Part shown: piece after piece, positions 9,308 to 19,015 of the stretch
Position numbering within the stretch: the stretch's first letter is position 1
Layout: each line of letters opens with the position of its first letter
IMG/VR virus record: IMGVR_UViG_3300032893_000082
Coordinates: 1-47,795 of that record
Source of the DNA: a virus
Lineage: Duplodnaviria > Caudoviricetes
Length of the DNA stretch: 47,795 nucleotides
Direction: 5' to 3' (one strand)
Position numbers and translations under genes: made by a program
Notes under the pieces: generated by a model
The model's input: only the letters and a program-made list of their open reading frames with translations
Database searches by the model: none
Told to the model about the DNA's origin: nothing

Positions 9308-9506
9308 TGCTTCCAAAGGTGCTATGAATAAAACCAGCGGTAGCGGCAAATACGAGCGCCAGAGGACAGGCGGCTGTTTTGACGATACTCCTGGGCAGAT
9401 TGATCGTAACGTCTCGGCTCGCGTGCTTCCGGCTGATCCGCATCGACTTGATTCGATGGGGGGCTCTGAGCACCGCGGCAAGGACAATGCTAAGAGGGGT
9501 GGCTAA
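9300..9506 (+). CDS. Hypothetical protein
   Basis: AGGAG SD; coupled to both neighbours. Confidence 0.6.
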   Translation: MASASKGAMNKTSGSGKYERQRTGGCFDDTPGQIDRNVSARVLPADPHRLDSMGGSEHRGKDNAKRGG

Positions 9507-9832
9507 TGGCTAAAGCTGCAGAAGCCCGACAGTTTCGGGGTGTTTACGAGAAAGTGGCGGTAGGCAGCGCTGTGGCTGACGTGGCCTCCATCGCTAACGG
9601 AGCACAGGGCAGTGTTACTGTTACTGTGCCGGGTGTCCGTCTTGACGGTACTTGGGTTATCGACGGTATTTCGACGAGCGCTGATCCTGGAGCCCTAGAT
9701 CTAGGGGCACGGGTAACCGCCAACGATACCGTGGTAATCATCCTCCAGAATAACTCTGGTGGTGCCATTGACCCAGCCAGTATGACGTACCGTGTAGTGG
9801 CAATGAAGATTGCTCCTCACATGACGCTGTAA
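9506..9832 (+). CDS. Putative head decoration/fibre protein
   Basis: ASIANGAQGSVTVTVPG...ARVTANDTVVIILQN...AIDPAS pattern; GAGG SD. Confidence 0.6.
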   Translation: MAKAAEARQFRGVYEKVAVGSAVADVASIANGAQGSVTVTVPGVRLDGTWVIDGISTSADPGALDLGARVTANDTVVIILQNNSGGAIDPASMTYRVVAMKIAPHMTL

Positions 9833-9839
9833 TCCTCCG

Positions 9840-11225
9840 TTGAGATTTGATCTTCACGACTCACAGCTAGAAATCTTTAACGCCCGTCCGGCGAACAATA
9901 ACCCGGAAGGTCGATTTAAAGTAGTAGCTGCCGGGCGAAGGTTCGGTAAATCGCACTACGCTGCGGTCGAGCTTATAGTCCACGGGTTAGAAAACGAGAA
10001 CTGGGCAGGAGTAGATGTTACGCCCGCTGAAGTCTACTACGTAGCTCCGACGTTCGAACAAGGCAAGAAGATCATGTGGCCTAAGCTGAAAGAGCTGGCT
10101 AAATTCAGGAAAGACGGTGGTGTCATAGAGTCTACCGTTGAAAACACTGGTACTCTCACTCTTATTAACGGGCGGCGCATTAGCATTCGTGGCGCTGATA
10201 GGCCAGATACTTTGCGTGGTGTGGGGTTGTCCTACGTAGTTATGGACGAATACGCTTTCATGAAGCCGGATGTGTGGGAAGTTATTATACGTCCCGCCCT
10301 GGCGGATTATAAAGGAGAAGCCTTGTTCATAGGTACTCCTGAAGGCAAAAACCACTTCTACGATATTTGGAATAACGCTGCAGTCAAAGAAACGTGGCAG
10401 CAGGACGGGTGGAAATCTTGGCAGTTCGAAAGCCTAAAAAACCCCAAATTAGATCCGGAAGAGATCCGAGCGGCTATCACCTCCTCCAATATGACGGTCG
10501 CGCAGGCGAGACAAGAGTTCGGCGCGTCCTTCAACTCTGGCGGTGGGATAATCTTACGGGAGGAGTGCTGGAAATTCTCGGAGGAGCCGGTAGATGGCGA
10601 CTGGTACATCACCGTAGATCTAGCGGGATTCACTACGGAGGGGAACCTCCGAAAAGGTGCTCTCAAGGTTCGCGATGAACACGCTATTGCTGTTGTTAAA
10701 GTGGGGAGTTACGGATGGTGGGTAAAAGAGATCCATCACGGTCAATGGGACTCGCGAGAGACCGCCCTGCGAATCTTAAAGGTCTACTCCGACATAAGGC
10801 CGATGAAACTTGGAATCGAGAAAGGCTCACTGCGCAACGCGATGATGCCGTACTTAGAAGACGAGATGCGGAGGTTAAACCGCTATTTCCCGGTGTGGGA
10901 CCTGGAAGCGAACGGAAAGAATAAGGGGTCCAAAGAGGACCGTATAAGGTGGGGGCTTGAAGGAAGACTGGAAAAAGGGCGTATCTACCTTAACAATCAA
11001 GAGTCTGCCTCCAATCTATGGCAGCGATACCTTATCGCCCAAGGTAACGATTTCCCTTCCCCCTTATCCCATGACGACCTTCTGGACGCCCTTGCCTACG
11101 TTGACCAATTGGCAGATGTGGACTATGGCGGATACACCGACATGCAATCAGCTACCTTCGGTGGCGGCAGACTAGAAGAAGCCTGGGAAGGCGCAGAAGT
11201 ACTAAACGTTTATGCAGGTATTTAA
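9840..11225 (+). CDS. terL: Terminase large subunit
   Basis: Walker A AGRRFGKS, Walker B VVMDE, GTPEG coupling motif, nuclease VDLAG...HDDLLDALAY. Confidence 0.95.
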   Translation: MRFDLHDSQLEIFNARPANNNPEGRFKVVAAGRRFGKSHYAAVELIVHGLENENWAGVDVTPAEVYYVAPTFEQGKKIMWPKLKELAKFRKDGGVIESTVENTGTLTLINGRRISIRGADRPDTLRGVGLSYVVMDEYAFMKPDVWEVIIRPALADYKGEALFIGTPEGKNHFYDIWNNAAVKETWQQDGWKSWQFESLKNPKLDPEEIRAAITSSNMTVAQARQEFGASFNSGGGIILREECWKFSEEPVDGDWYITVDLAGFTTEGNLRKGALKVRDEHAIAVVKVGSYGWWVKEIHHGQWDSRETALRILKVYSDIRPMKLGIEKGSLRNAMMPYLEDEMRRLNRYFPVWDLEANGKNKGSKEDRIRWGLEGRLEKGRIYLNNQESASNLWQRYLIAQGNDFPSPLSHDDLLDALAYVDQLADVDYGGYTDMQSATFGGGRLEEAWEGAEVLNVYAGI

Positions 11226-11228
11226 AGT

Positions 11229-13475
11229 ATGAGTGTGGGCACTAGCGACATTACCACTGACCCGCAAAACGTTGCGTCGGAGGATATTAACCAACGTGGA
11301 AACACCGGTGAACTCGTCAGTTGGATCATGTCACGGGTACTGCGATGGCGCTCAACTCGTGATAGTAACTATTTTGACCTCTGGGACCAGTACTGGTCTA
11401 TCTGGAGAGGCCAATGGTCAGCTAGACTTAAACAGCGTGACTCAGAGCGATCTCGACTCATTGCTCCAGCAACACAACAAGCAGTGGATGCGACTGTGGC
11501 GGAAATGGTGGAAGCAACGTTCGGACGAGGCACTTGGTTCGATATCGCCGACGAACCCACCTCCGATCCGCAAGCGAGAGCGGGCGCCGAGCAGGCTCGA
11601 GATAACCTCCTCTACGATTTCGACCGAGACAAAGTAAAGCACGCCATCATAGAAACGTATATGAACGGAGCTATCTACGGCACCGGGATTGTCAAGCGTA
11701 TTGTGGAAGAGAAGACTATCTCGTTGTTGCAACTGGATCAGTACGGCAACCCACAAGAGATTCCCCAGCAAGTTACGTGTGTGTACTGGCAGGCTATCCC
11801 GCCGTACAATTTTGTAATAGACACGGCGGCTCTTACTATCGATGATGCGCAAGGGTGCGCTCACGAAACTATAAGGCCCGTAGATGAAATCGAACGTAAA
11901 CAGCGAACTGGAGAGTATTTTAACGTCCCTATTGGTTCCGCCTCCGGATACGCGACGGGAATCATTGCTCGAGGACCAAAAGGAGAAAACCTCGAGGTCA
12001 ATATTCTCGACTCTACTTACATCTGCGAGTATCACGGACAAGTTCCAGCTAAGTACTTTGAAGACACTAATGAGGACACTCCGCTAACTCCGTATGCTAT
12101 TGAAGACATGTCCGATAGGCGTACTCCGCCCCAAGAAATGGTGGAGGCCATCGTTGTTATCGCCAACGGTAACGCCCTACTCAAGAAAGAAAAGAATCCC
12201 TTTCCTAATGGAGATCGGGGTTTTATCGCCTATCAGCACGACCGTGTTCCGAACCGATTCTGGGGGAGAGGTGTAGTTGAAAAAGCCTACAATAGCCAGC
12301 TTGCACTGGATGCGGAGCTTCGAGGCCGAATTGATGCGATGGCTCTCATCACGTACCCCGTCGTCGGGTTCGACGCGACCCGTCTTCCCAGGAATCTTAA
12401 TCTCCAAGTACGACCGGGCAAAGCGTTCCTAGTCAATGGCCTGCCTACAGAGATTATCCAACCTCTTGAGTTCGGCAGGCTTGATCCGGCCTGGTTCCAG
12501 CAATCTGGTGATCTGGAGCGTATGGTGCAACTTGCCACTGGCACGTTCGATCCAGCAGGCGACAGCCCGGCCGCAGGAGCAGCTTCTGCTTCAGGGGCCT
12601 CCATGTCTATGGCAGCTATGCTTAAACGAGCCAAGCTCACCATGCAGACCATTGACGTGGACTTTCTTGATCCTCTAGTCAAGAAATCATACCTTGCGTA
12701 TCAGGTACTTAATCCTAAGAGATACCCGAATAACCAAGATTTCATTGTCAAGTCGTCTATGTCGATCTTAGCGCGAGAGTTCGAGCAGACACAGATGACC
12801 AATCTCTTGGCTATTATCCCGCCCGGCACTCCAGCGTTCAATATAGTCCTTAAGGCTATTATAGAGAACTACTCTGGACCTAGCCGCGAAGAGGCGGTGG
12901 CGGCTATCGATCAGATGATGCAGCCCAATCCTCAGCAGCAACAGATGCAGCAAGCGATGCAGCAGATTCAGATGCGTGGAGCTATGGCAGAGGTCTCGAA
13001 GCTCGAGGCCGAGGCGCTCAAGACTCACTCCGAAGTGCCGCTTAACCAGGCCAAGACCTACGAAGCGACGGAGAAGGCGAAAGCGATTCCGCAAGAGTTG
13101 CACATTCAAGCGGTTCAGACCGGTGCTTCTTTGGCAGATTCGCAACACGCTCGTATCGGTACAGCTCTATCTCACGTTGAGCACCACAAAGATCACGCTC
13201 ACGATGTGGTTGCTACGGCTCTGGAACATCAGCGCCACGAGAAAGAACTGGAAGCCAAGAAAGAAGAGGCTAAAGCTAAATTGGCTATGGAAGAGAGGCA
13301 AGCCGAGAAAGACAGGGCTCTCCAGAAGACGATGATGGAATCTGGCCAGGCGCACGAGGCCAATCAGAACAAGTTACAACGTGGCCACGAAACTCAGATG
13401 GGCAACGCAGAACGCGGTTCAAAAGAGAAAATCGCTAGTATGAAACCAAAAGGAAAGCCGAGTGGAACCAAGTAA
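11229..13475 (+). CDS. Portal protein with long C-terminal coiled coil
   Basis: Follows terL; GAIYGTGIVK and FWGRGVVE motifs; Gln-rich barrel region. Confidence 0.9.
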   Translation: MSVGTSDITTDPQNVASEDINQRGNTGELVSWIMSRVLRWRSTRDSNYFDLWDQYWSIWRGQWSARLKQRDSERSRLIAPATQQAVDATVAEMVEATFGRGTWFDIADEPTSDPQARAGAEQARDNLLYDFDRDKVKHAIIETYMNGAIYGTGIVKRIVEEKTISLLQLDQYGNPQEIPQQVTCVYWQAIPPYNFVIDTAALTIDDAQGCAHETIRPVDEIERKQRTGEYFNVPIGSASGYATGIIARGPKGENLEVNILDSTYICEYHGQVPAKYFEDTNEDTPLTPYAIEDMSDRRTPPQEMVEAIVVIANGNALLKKEKNPFPNGDRGFIAYQHDRVPNRFWGRGVVEKAYNSQLALDAELRGRIDAMALITYPVVGFDATRLPRNLNLQVRPGKAFLVNGLPTEIIQPLEFGRLDPAWFQQSGDLERMVQLATGTFDPAGDSPAAGAASASGASMSMAAMLKRAKLTMQTIDVDFLDPLVKKSYLAYQVLNPKRYPNNQDFIVKSSMSILAREFEQTQMTNLLAIIPPGTPAFNIVLKAIIENYSGPSREEAVAAIDQMMQPNPQQQQMQQAMQQIQMRGAMAEVSKLEAEALKTHSEVPLNQAKTYEATEKAKAIPQELHIQAVQTGASLADSQHARIGTALSHVEHHKDHAHDVVATALEHQRHEKELEAKKEEAKAKLAMEERQAEKDRALQKTMMESGQAHEANQNKLQRGHETQMGNAERGSKEKIASMKPKGKPSGTK

Positions 13476-13725
13476 ATTAATCGATATCTACGAGCACTTG
13501 TTCGCCGAACCCGGCTGGAAAGAGCTGGTGGACGATCTTAACGAGAAACGGGAGAACATAAAGAACGCTATGGCGGAGTCGAATTGGAACTTTGATCAGA
13601 TTCAGTTCTACCGTGGCCTTATGTCTGGGTACAAGTATATCACTGGCCTAGAGGCCCTTGTAGACCAGGCTAAACGAGATCAGCAAGGATTGCCAGATGT
13701 CGATTCGGCATCTGCGGAATCATAG
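13462..13725 (+). CDS. Conserved hypothetical protein between portal and scaffold
   Basis: LFAEPGWKELV...FYRG pattern; AAGGA SD. Confidence 0.7.
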   Translation: MEPSKLIDIYEHLFAEPGWKELVDDLNEKRENIKNAMAESNWNFDQIQFYRGLMSGYKYITGLEALVDQAKRDQQGLPDVDSASAES

Positions 13726-13736
13726 GAACCGATTCA

Positions 13737-14012
13737 ATGTCGTTGGGCAAATTCTTCTATGATTTCCAGTGCAAGAACTGTGGAATAATTCAAGAGCACC
13801 GGGTGTACTCATTTGAGACAACTCACCTGTGCGCTAATTGCGGCCAACAGGCCGAGCGCCTACTTGCGGCGCCGGGGATTTGGTGGAGGAAGATGGGGGT
13901 AAGCAAAGACTTTCCCTCCGCCGCTGCCAAATGGGACCGAATGCAAGAGCAGAAAAATCGTACCGATAAAGGTGGGAGAGCTGACGGTCAGCCGAACCTT
14001 AAAGAGTATTAG
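13737..14012 (+). CDS. FmdB-like zinc-ribbon protein
   Basis: YDFQCKNCG...CANCG...RLLAAP. Confidence 0.75.
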   Translation: MSLGKFFYDFQCKNCGIIQEHRVYSFETTHLCANCGQQAERLLAAPGIWWRKMGVSKDFPSAAAKWDRMQEQKNRTDKGGRADGQPNLKEY

Positions 14013-14060
14013 AACTCGCCAGCGGGACGATGCGACAAACCTAAGAAGGAACGCACCTAA

Positions 14061-14855
14061 ATGTCCGAAGTGAATGCTAACGTAAACGATCTTGATCTAG
14101 AGTATCAGGATGTCGTCAAAAACCCGAATGATCCTCAGATGCAGCAGATTTCTGCTGAGATCCCTGAGAAATATAAGGGTAAGTCTACTGATGAACTTAT
14201 CGACATGCACGTCAATCTCGAGAAAGTGCTTGCACGACAAGGGAACGAGCTAGGCCAGCTTAGAAAGACTGTCGATGTCCAGACGAGCCTCTTGAGCAAG
14301 GTAATCGGACCTACGCAAACCGAAGTAAAGAAGCCCCAGGTTAACGCCGAAAAGCTTCTAAATGATCCAGTAAGTGCCGTCAACGAAGTCGTTGGCGCTA
14401 ACCCAGACGTTCAAGGTAACGCACAGAGATTAAGTCAGCTAGAATTACAGGTGGCACAGAACCGGTTTGAGGCGTCCCACCCTACGTTCAAAGATGATGT
14501 CAATAATCCGGATTTCCAGGATTGGGTGATGAAATCCCCCGTCCGGCAGAAACTCTTGGTATCTCTGCACAGTAATTACAACTTTGATGCTGGTAATGAA
14601 CTTTGGGAATTGTGGGACGAACACAATACTGCAAAGCGAGCCTCCGAAGCCGCTCGTCAAGGTCGCGTTCAAGCGGCCGGGACAGTGAAGGCAGGGGGAG
14701 GGGAACCACAGCCTAAACCTGTTCTCAGTCGGCAGAAGCTGAGTGAGCTACAGCTCCGGGCTATCAATGGTGACCCAGTTGCTAAGCAGAAGTGGGAAGA
14801 TCCTGAGTTCCAGAGAATGCGTCTCGATGCCTACGCCGAAGGGCGTGTTCGTTAA
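14061..14855 (+). CDS. Capsid scaffolding protein
   Basis: IPEKYKGKS...RQGNELGQLRK and C-terminal AYAEGRVR; directly before the major capsid gene. Confidence 0.85.
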   Translation: MSEVNANVNDLDLEYQDVVKNPNDPQMQQISAEIPEKYKGKSTDELIDMHVNLEKVLARQGNELGQLRKTVDVQTSLLSKVIGPTQTEVKKPQVNAEKLLNDPVSAVNEVVGANPDVQGNAQRLSQLELQVAQNRFEASHPTFKDDVNNPDFQDWVMKSPVRQKLLVSLHSNYNFDAGNELWELWDEHNTAKRASEAARQGRVQAAGTVKAGGGEPQPKPVLSRQKLSELQLRAINGDPVAKQKWEDPEFQRMRLDAYAEGRVR

Positions 14856-14900
14856 GAGCCACTTACGGAGAACACCGTAACATTCAATAAGGATTAATAT

Positions 14901-15884
14901 ATGGCTCTTGGTTCAGGTCAATTGACCTTTACGATTGCCGACAAGTTTATTCCAGAACTGTGGTCTGATGAGATCGCGGTTCGTTACAAGAAGAACCTTG
15001 TCTTGGCAAATCTTGTCGATAATATGGACCATACTGGCAAGTATGGCGATACTGTACACATCCCGACCTCTACTCGTGGTACGGCGGCTCAGTACTTCAG
15101 CACTCCTGGTGCTGCGGTTACCTTCACCGCTCCGACTATGAACGAGTTCACCATCACCATTAACCAGTGGTGGGTGCACGGTAAGCAGCTCCCGGATCTC
15201 GTTGAGAAACAGGCGTTGCCTTCTATGCGTCGGTTCTTGGTTAACGATATGAGCTACTCGCTGGCTCTGGCTGTGGACAGCTACCTGCACGACAGTGTGG
15301 CGGCGGTCCTGGCTGGCGGTGCCGCGGTGTCTTCGGGCGCCAAGGCTTCGGGTGGTTCGGTTATCGGTGGTGACGGATCTACTACGTGGAACCCGGCTGC
15401 TAATACCAATACTGGTAACGGCACGGATCTCACGGATGACGGTATCCGTCGGATGATGCAGACCCTCGACGACCTCGATGTCCCTGGTGACGACCGCTTC
15501 TGGGTGGTTCCGCCGGTGGCGAAGAGGAAGCTCTTGGGTATTCCTCGGTTCACTGAGCAGGCTTTCGTTGGAGAGCCTGGGTCTGAGAACAGCATTCGGA
15601 ACGGCTACGTGGGTAACCTATACGGTACTCCCGTGTACGTTTCGAGCAACTGCTCTAGCTTCAACGCCACCGATGCGTCTACGCCGTATCGGCAGGTGGT
15701 CTATGCTCATCAGAGTGCGATGATTCTGGTCAACCAGATCAAGCCTCGGGTGCAGGCGCAGTACAAGGTGGAGTTCCTCTCGGATGCTATCGTTGCGGAC
15801 GTTGCCTTCGGCGCGGCCGTGGTTCGTACTGAGAATACAGCCTCCTTGGACCGTGGACTCTCGGTGATCGTCCCCGCGACCTAA
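14901..15884 (+). CDS. Major capsid protein
   Basis: FIPELWSDEI, GDTVHIP, GYVGNLYGTPVYVS; strong TAAGGA SD. Confidence 0.92.
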   Translation: MALGSGQLTFTIADKFIPELWSDEIAVRYKKNLVLANLVDNMDHTGKYGDTVHIPTSTRGTAAQYFSTPGAAVTFTAPTMNEFTITINQWWVHGKQLPDLVEKQALPSMRRFLVNDMSYSLALAVDSYLHDSVAAVLAGGAAVSSGAKASGGSVIGGDGSTTWNPAANTNTGNGTDLTDDGIRRMMQTLDDLDVPGDDRFWVVPPVAKRKLLGIPRFTEQAFVGEPGSENSIRNGYVGNLYGTPVYVSSNCSSFNATDASTPYRQVVYAHQSAMILVNQIKPRVQAQYKVEFLSDAIVADVAFGAAVVRTENTASLDRGLSVIVPAT

Positions 15885-15906
15885 TAGTCGCTATTGTCGG
15901 TGCATA

Positions 15907-16671
15907 ATGGCAAGAACCTATCTACAGCTAGTTAACGACGTGCTCGTACGTCTACGGGAGTCTCAGGTAACCACTGTGACTCAGACGCCCTATTCTACTC
16001 TGATAGGGGCTCTTGTCAATGACGCAAAACGGGAAGTCGAGGATGCTTGGCAGTGGTCACAACTCCTCGACTACCTAACCTTTAATTGCATCGTAGGGAT
16101 AACTTCCTATGAAACTAATACGATGCTTACTAGGTACGCTGCTCCGCCTCTTAGTGCCAGTGCTGGTGCTGGTGAGCGTGCTCGCTTGTGGCTTGATCCT
16201 ATTGAGCAAGTACCTTTGCTATTTAATACGACGGCTACTTATGAGACTAGATTAAAGTACGAACCTACTTTGTACGATTGGGTGACTAAGGTACAGCTAC
16301 AGAATCAACCTCAGCAACGCCCTCCTTCAGTGTGGCAATTGTCCCAGTCTACGTTCTACGCCCAAGCAGGAATGTGGAATAAAGCAGTACAACTATGGGC
16401 TGCTCCTGATGGAACGTACACGATGCAACTGTATATAGTCAACCCTCAAGACGACTTAGTTAACGATACAGATGTTATGAAAATACCTACCGCTCCAGTA
16501 CTGCAAAGAGCCTATCTGTACGCTCTCTACGAACGTGGAGAGGAGCTGGGCGAGGCCATTACCCTCACAGCAGAGAAAGTAGAAAATACCCAAGCGGATG
16601 CCATTACCCAAGATCAAGCTCAGCAGATGCTACACACCAGCTTGATTATCCCTTACGGATCTAAGTACTAG
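15907..16671 (+). CDS. Head-tail adaptor / tail tubular protein A
   Basis: TYLQLVNDVLVRLRE...VNDAKREVEDAWQW; follows the capsid gene. Confidence 0.8.
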   Translation: MARTYLQLVNDVLVRLRESQVTTVTQTPYSTLIGALVNDAKREVEDAWQWSQLLDYLTFNCIVGITSYETNTMLTRYAAPPLSASAGAGERARLWLDPIEQVPLLFNTTATYETRLKYEPTLYDWVTKVQLQNQPQQRPPSVWQLSQSTFYAQAGMWNKAVQLWAAPDGTYTMQLYIVNPQDDLVNDTDVMKIPTAPVLQRAYLYALYERGEELGEAITLTAEKVENTQADAITQDQAQQMLHTSLIIPYGSKY

Positions 16672-18207
16672 ATGCCTGCTGCACCACTTCAGCCACTAAG
16701 CCTTGTTGTCATGGGAGCGCGGGGGTTAAACCTCCAATCCGCGTCTTCGTTGCTAGAGCCCTCGTGGGCCACCAAAGCTACGAACATGATATTCGATCAG
16801 TCCGGTAGATTGGCTTCCAGAAGTGGATGGACCGTACTCAATAATACTCCCATGTCTGGCTCTCCCACCGTGAGTCAAATATTCGAGTACACTCCTATCT
16901 CGGGCTCTAACCAAGTTATCTCCACCGGAGGTAACAAGATCTACAATGGCACGACTACTTTAACGGATATTACGGGAGCACTTACTCCGTCTGCTGATAA
17001 TTGGAAATTCGTTAACTTCAACGGAAACGTCTATGGCTTGCAAGCTTCACATCCGCTTATTGTGTGGAATGGAACTGGAAACTTCACCACTGTTACCGCG
17101 GCCTCTGGCACGGTCCCTGATGGTAACGAGCTACTCAGCGCCTTCGGTCGTTTATGGGGTGTTGACTCTACAGGACAGATCATCAAGTACTGTAACCTCC
17201 TTGACGCTACCAATTGGAACATCACCGGGGCTGGTTCAATTAACGTTACTAGTATATGGGGCACAGGGAACGACCGGATCGTTGCTCTCGCATCTTACAA
17301 CAATCTCCTCGTCGTCCTTGGCACTAGAAATATCATACTCTTTGAGGACGGATCAGGTTCTAAACTTGGCCTAGATCCGAACAATATCGAAGTAATCGAC
17401 CTCATCTCTGGCATTGGATGTGTAGCCAGAGATACGGTTCAGAACGTAAATGGAGATGACCTTGTATTCCTCTCAGCTTCCGGAGTCACCTCCCTTAAAC
17501 GTGTCATTATTGAGCGATCCAACGCAATCCGTAATATTTCCCTCAATGTCAGAGATTATGTCAACGCCACTGCGGGATCGGAACTGGCCTCAGGTTTGCG
17601 ATCTACCTATAACGCTAATAACGGATTTTATCTGCTCCTTGCTCCTCTTTCTGGGGTAGTATTTGTCTTTGATACCAAATTAGTACTAGATGACGGGACT
17701 TGGCGGTGCACCACCTGGGATAGTTTTATACCCACCGCTCTCACCACCCTCTCCGACAGTAAAACGACATATGGGGGCAAAGCGGGCCAGCTATTCCAGT
17801 ATTCAGGACTTTCAGATAATGGGGCCACGTACAACGCTATCTACGAATCTGGGTGGCTGGACCTCGATCCACAACTACGGTCCCGCCTTAAAGCTCTGAA
17901 GCGGTTAGAGTGCGTGTTTGCCACGTACGGAGCAGGTTCTGGAGTGCTTACCCTGAAATGGGCCTACGACTTCGCCGATTCGTTCAACACCTCTCAGTAC
18001 ACCCTAATGGCTGGAGTCATAGCGGAATACGGTATCTCAGAGTGGGGTTTGGATGAATGGGGCGGAGGCCAAGCTCTTTACAATGTGGAAACTCCCGCTA
18101 GTGGCAGTGGCCAGTTCATTAAAATAGGGGCTAACGTATCTATCAATAATTTACAGTTCGCCCTACAGCACATGCAGTTGTATGCAAAGGTAGGTAGAAT
18201 TGTCTAA
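16672..18207 (+). CDS. Tail nozzle / tail tubular protein B
   Basis: Beta-propeller-like; GIGCVARDTVQ, DLVFLSASGV motifs; position. Confidence 0.8.
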   Translation: MPAAPLQPLSLVVMGARGLNLQSASSLLEPSWATKATNMIFDQSGRLASRSGWTVLNNTPMSGSPTVSQIFEYTPISGSNQVISTGGNKIYNGTTTLTDITGALTPSADNWKFVNFNGNVYGLQASHPLIVWNGTGNFTTVTAASGTVPDGNELLSAFGRLWGVDSTGQIIKYCNLLDATNWNITGAGSINVTSIWGTGNDRIVALASYNNLLVVLGTRNIILFEDGSGSKLGLDPNNIEVIDLISGIGCVARDTVQNVNGDDLVFLSASGVTSLKRVIIERSNAIRNISLNVRDYVNATAGSELASGLRSTYNANNGFYLLLAPLSGVVFVFDTKLVLDDGTWRCTTWDSFIPTALTTLSDSKTTYGGKAGQLFQYSGLSDNGATYNAIYESGWLDLDPQLRSRLKALKRLECVFATYGAGSGVLTLKWAYDFADSFNTSQYTLMAGVIAEYGISEWGLDEWGGGQALYNVETPASGSGQFIKIGANVSINNLQFALQHMQLYAKVGRIV

Positions 18208-18865
18208 CTATACTCCTATTGTAAGCTACGCCCCGAAAGATAGTCTTTCTCACGGCGATCCGAATAAGCTCATTAAGGGAGCCCAGATCGACGCCGAGCT
18301 AGCGGCGATTAGTACGGCGGTAGCTACTAAGATTGACTCTTCTTTCTCTAGCCCCACAGTTCAGAATCTCTCTGTAACTAGTTCTTCGATACCTACTAAT
18401 GGTATTTATCAGCCCTCGGCTAACACTGTTGGTATTGCTACTGGGGGTGTGCTACGAGCTACTTTAGCTTCTACAGGCACAGTGCTGGCAGCGGCATCGG
18501 GATCTGCTATTACAGGTATTATTAACCCCACACTTAGTGCTTCAGGTGGAGCTATAGGCAGTTCCCAAGGACAAACTACCGGAGTACCGGAAGCTACGTT
18601 CACTACGCTATTTACCTTGCCTAATGTAGCCAGCGTCACTTCAGCTTATATAGTTTGTGCTACCGCGGCCAATACCGCGGACGCTGCTAATTATAGTGCT
18701 GCGGCGATTGTGTTTACCAATACGAACACGGTCAACTTTAGTCAAATCATCAACGTTCCGTCCCACTTTGTATTGCAGATGAGCGGATTGAATCTGCAAG
18801 TTAGAATGACTACTGGTTCTGGGGGACCTTACACTATCCAGTGGTCTACTTTGAGGATCATGTAA
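18200..18865 (+). CDS. Tail fibre protein
   Basis: N-terminal anchor SNYT...KDSL...KLIKGAQIDAELAAISTAVATK typical of podophage fibres. Confidence 0.75.
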   Translation: MSNYTPIVSYAPKDSLSHGDPNKLIKGAQIDAELAAISTAVATKIDSSFSSPTVQNLSVTSSSIPTNGIYQPSANTVGIATGGVLRATLASTGTVLAAASGSAITGIINPTLSASGGAIGSSQGQTTGVPEATFTTLFTLPNVASVTSAYIVCATAANTADAANYSAAAIVFTNTNTVNFSQIINVPSHFVLQMSGLNLQVRMTTGSGGPYTIQWSTLRIM

Positions 18866-19015
18866 ATGACCTCCCACACGTACGCAAAGGCAAGCCTAGT
18901 GTCCGGTATTTTTGCGTGGATGGTACAGCACCAGCCTGAACTATCCGTTATAGCAACACTGATAGCTATTATCGCTGGTCTTGTTTCCATCTTTAAAGGT
19001 GTTCGAGGTAAATAA
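18866..19015 (+). CDS. Small membrane protein, 49 aa (holin-like; not in ORF track)
   Basis: MTSHTYAKASLVSGIFAWMVQHQPELSVIATLIAIIAGLVSIFKGVRGK; abuts both neighbours; hydrophobic with basic C-terminus. Confidence 0.65.
   Translation: MTSHTYAKASLVSGIFAWMVQHQPELSVIATLIAIIAGLVSIFKGVRGK

Noticed and set aside
11442-13148. Long - strand ORFs inside the portal gene (and similar ones in terL, capsid and 935-aa genes)
   Set aside because: No SD or coupling and not part of a tiled operon; treated as shadow ORFs, unlike the lysis-region overlaps
15876-15896. Terminator after the major capsid gene
   Set aside because: Only a 5-bp stem and no real U-tract
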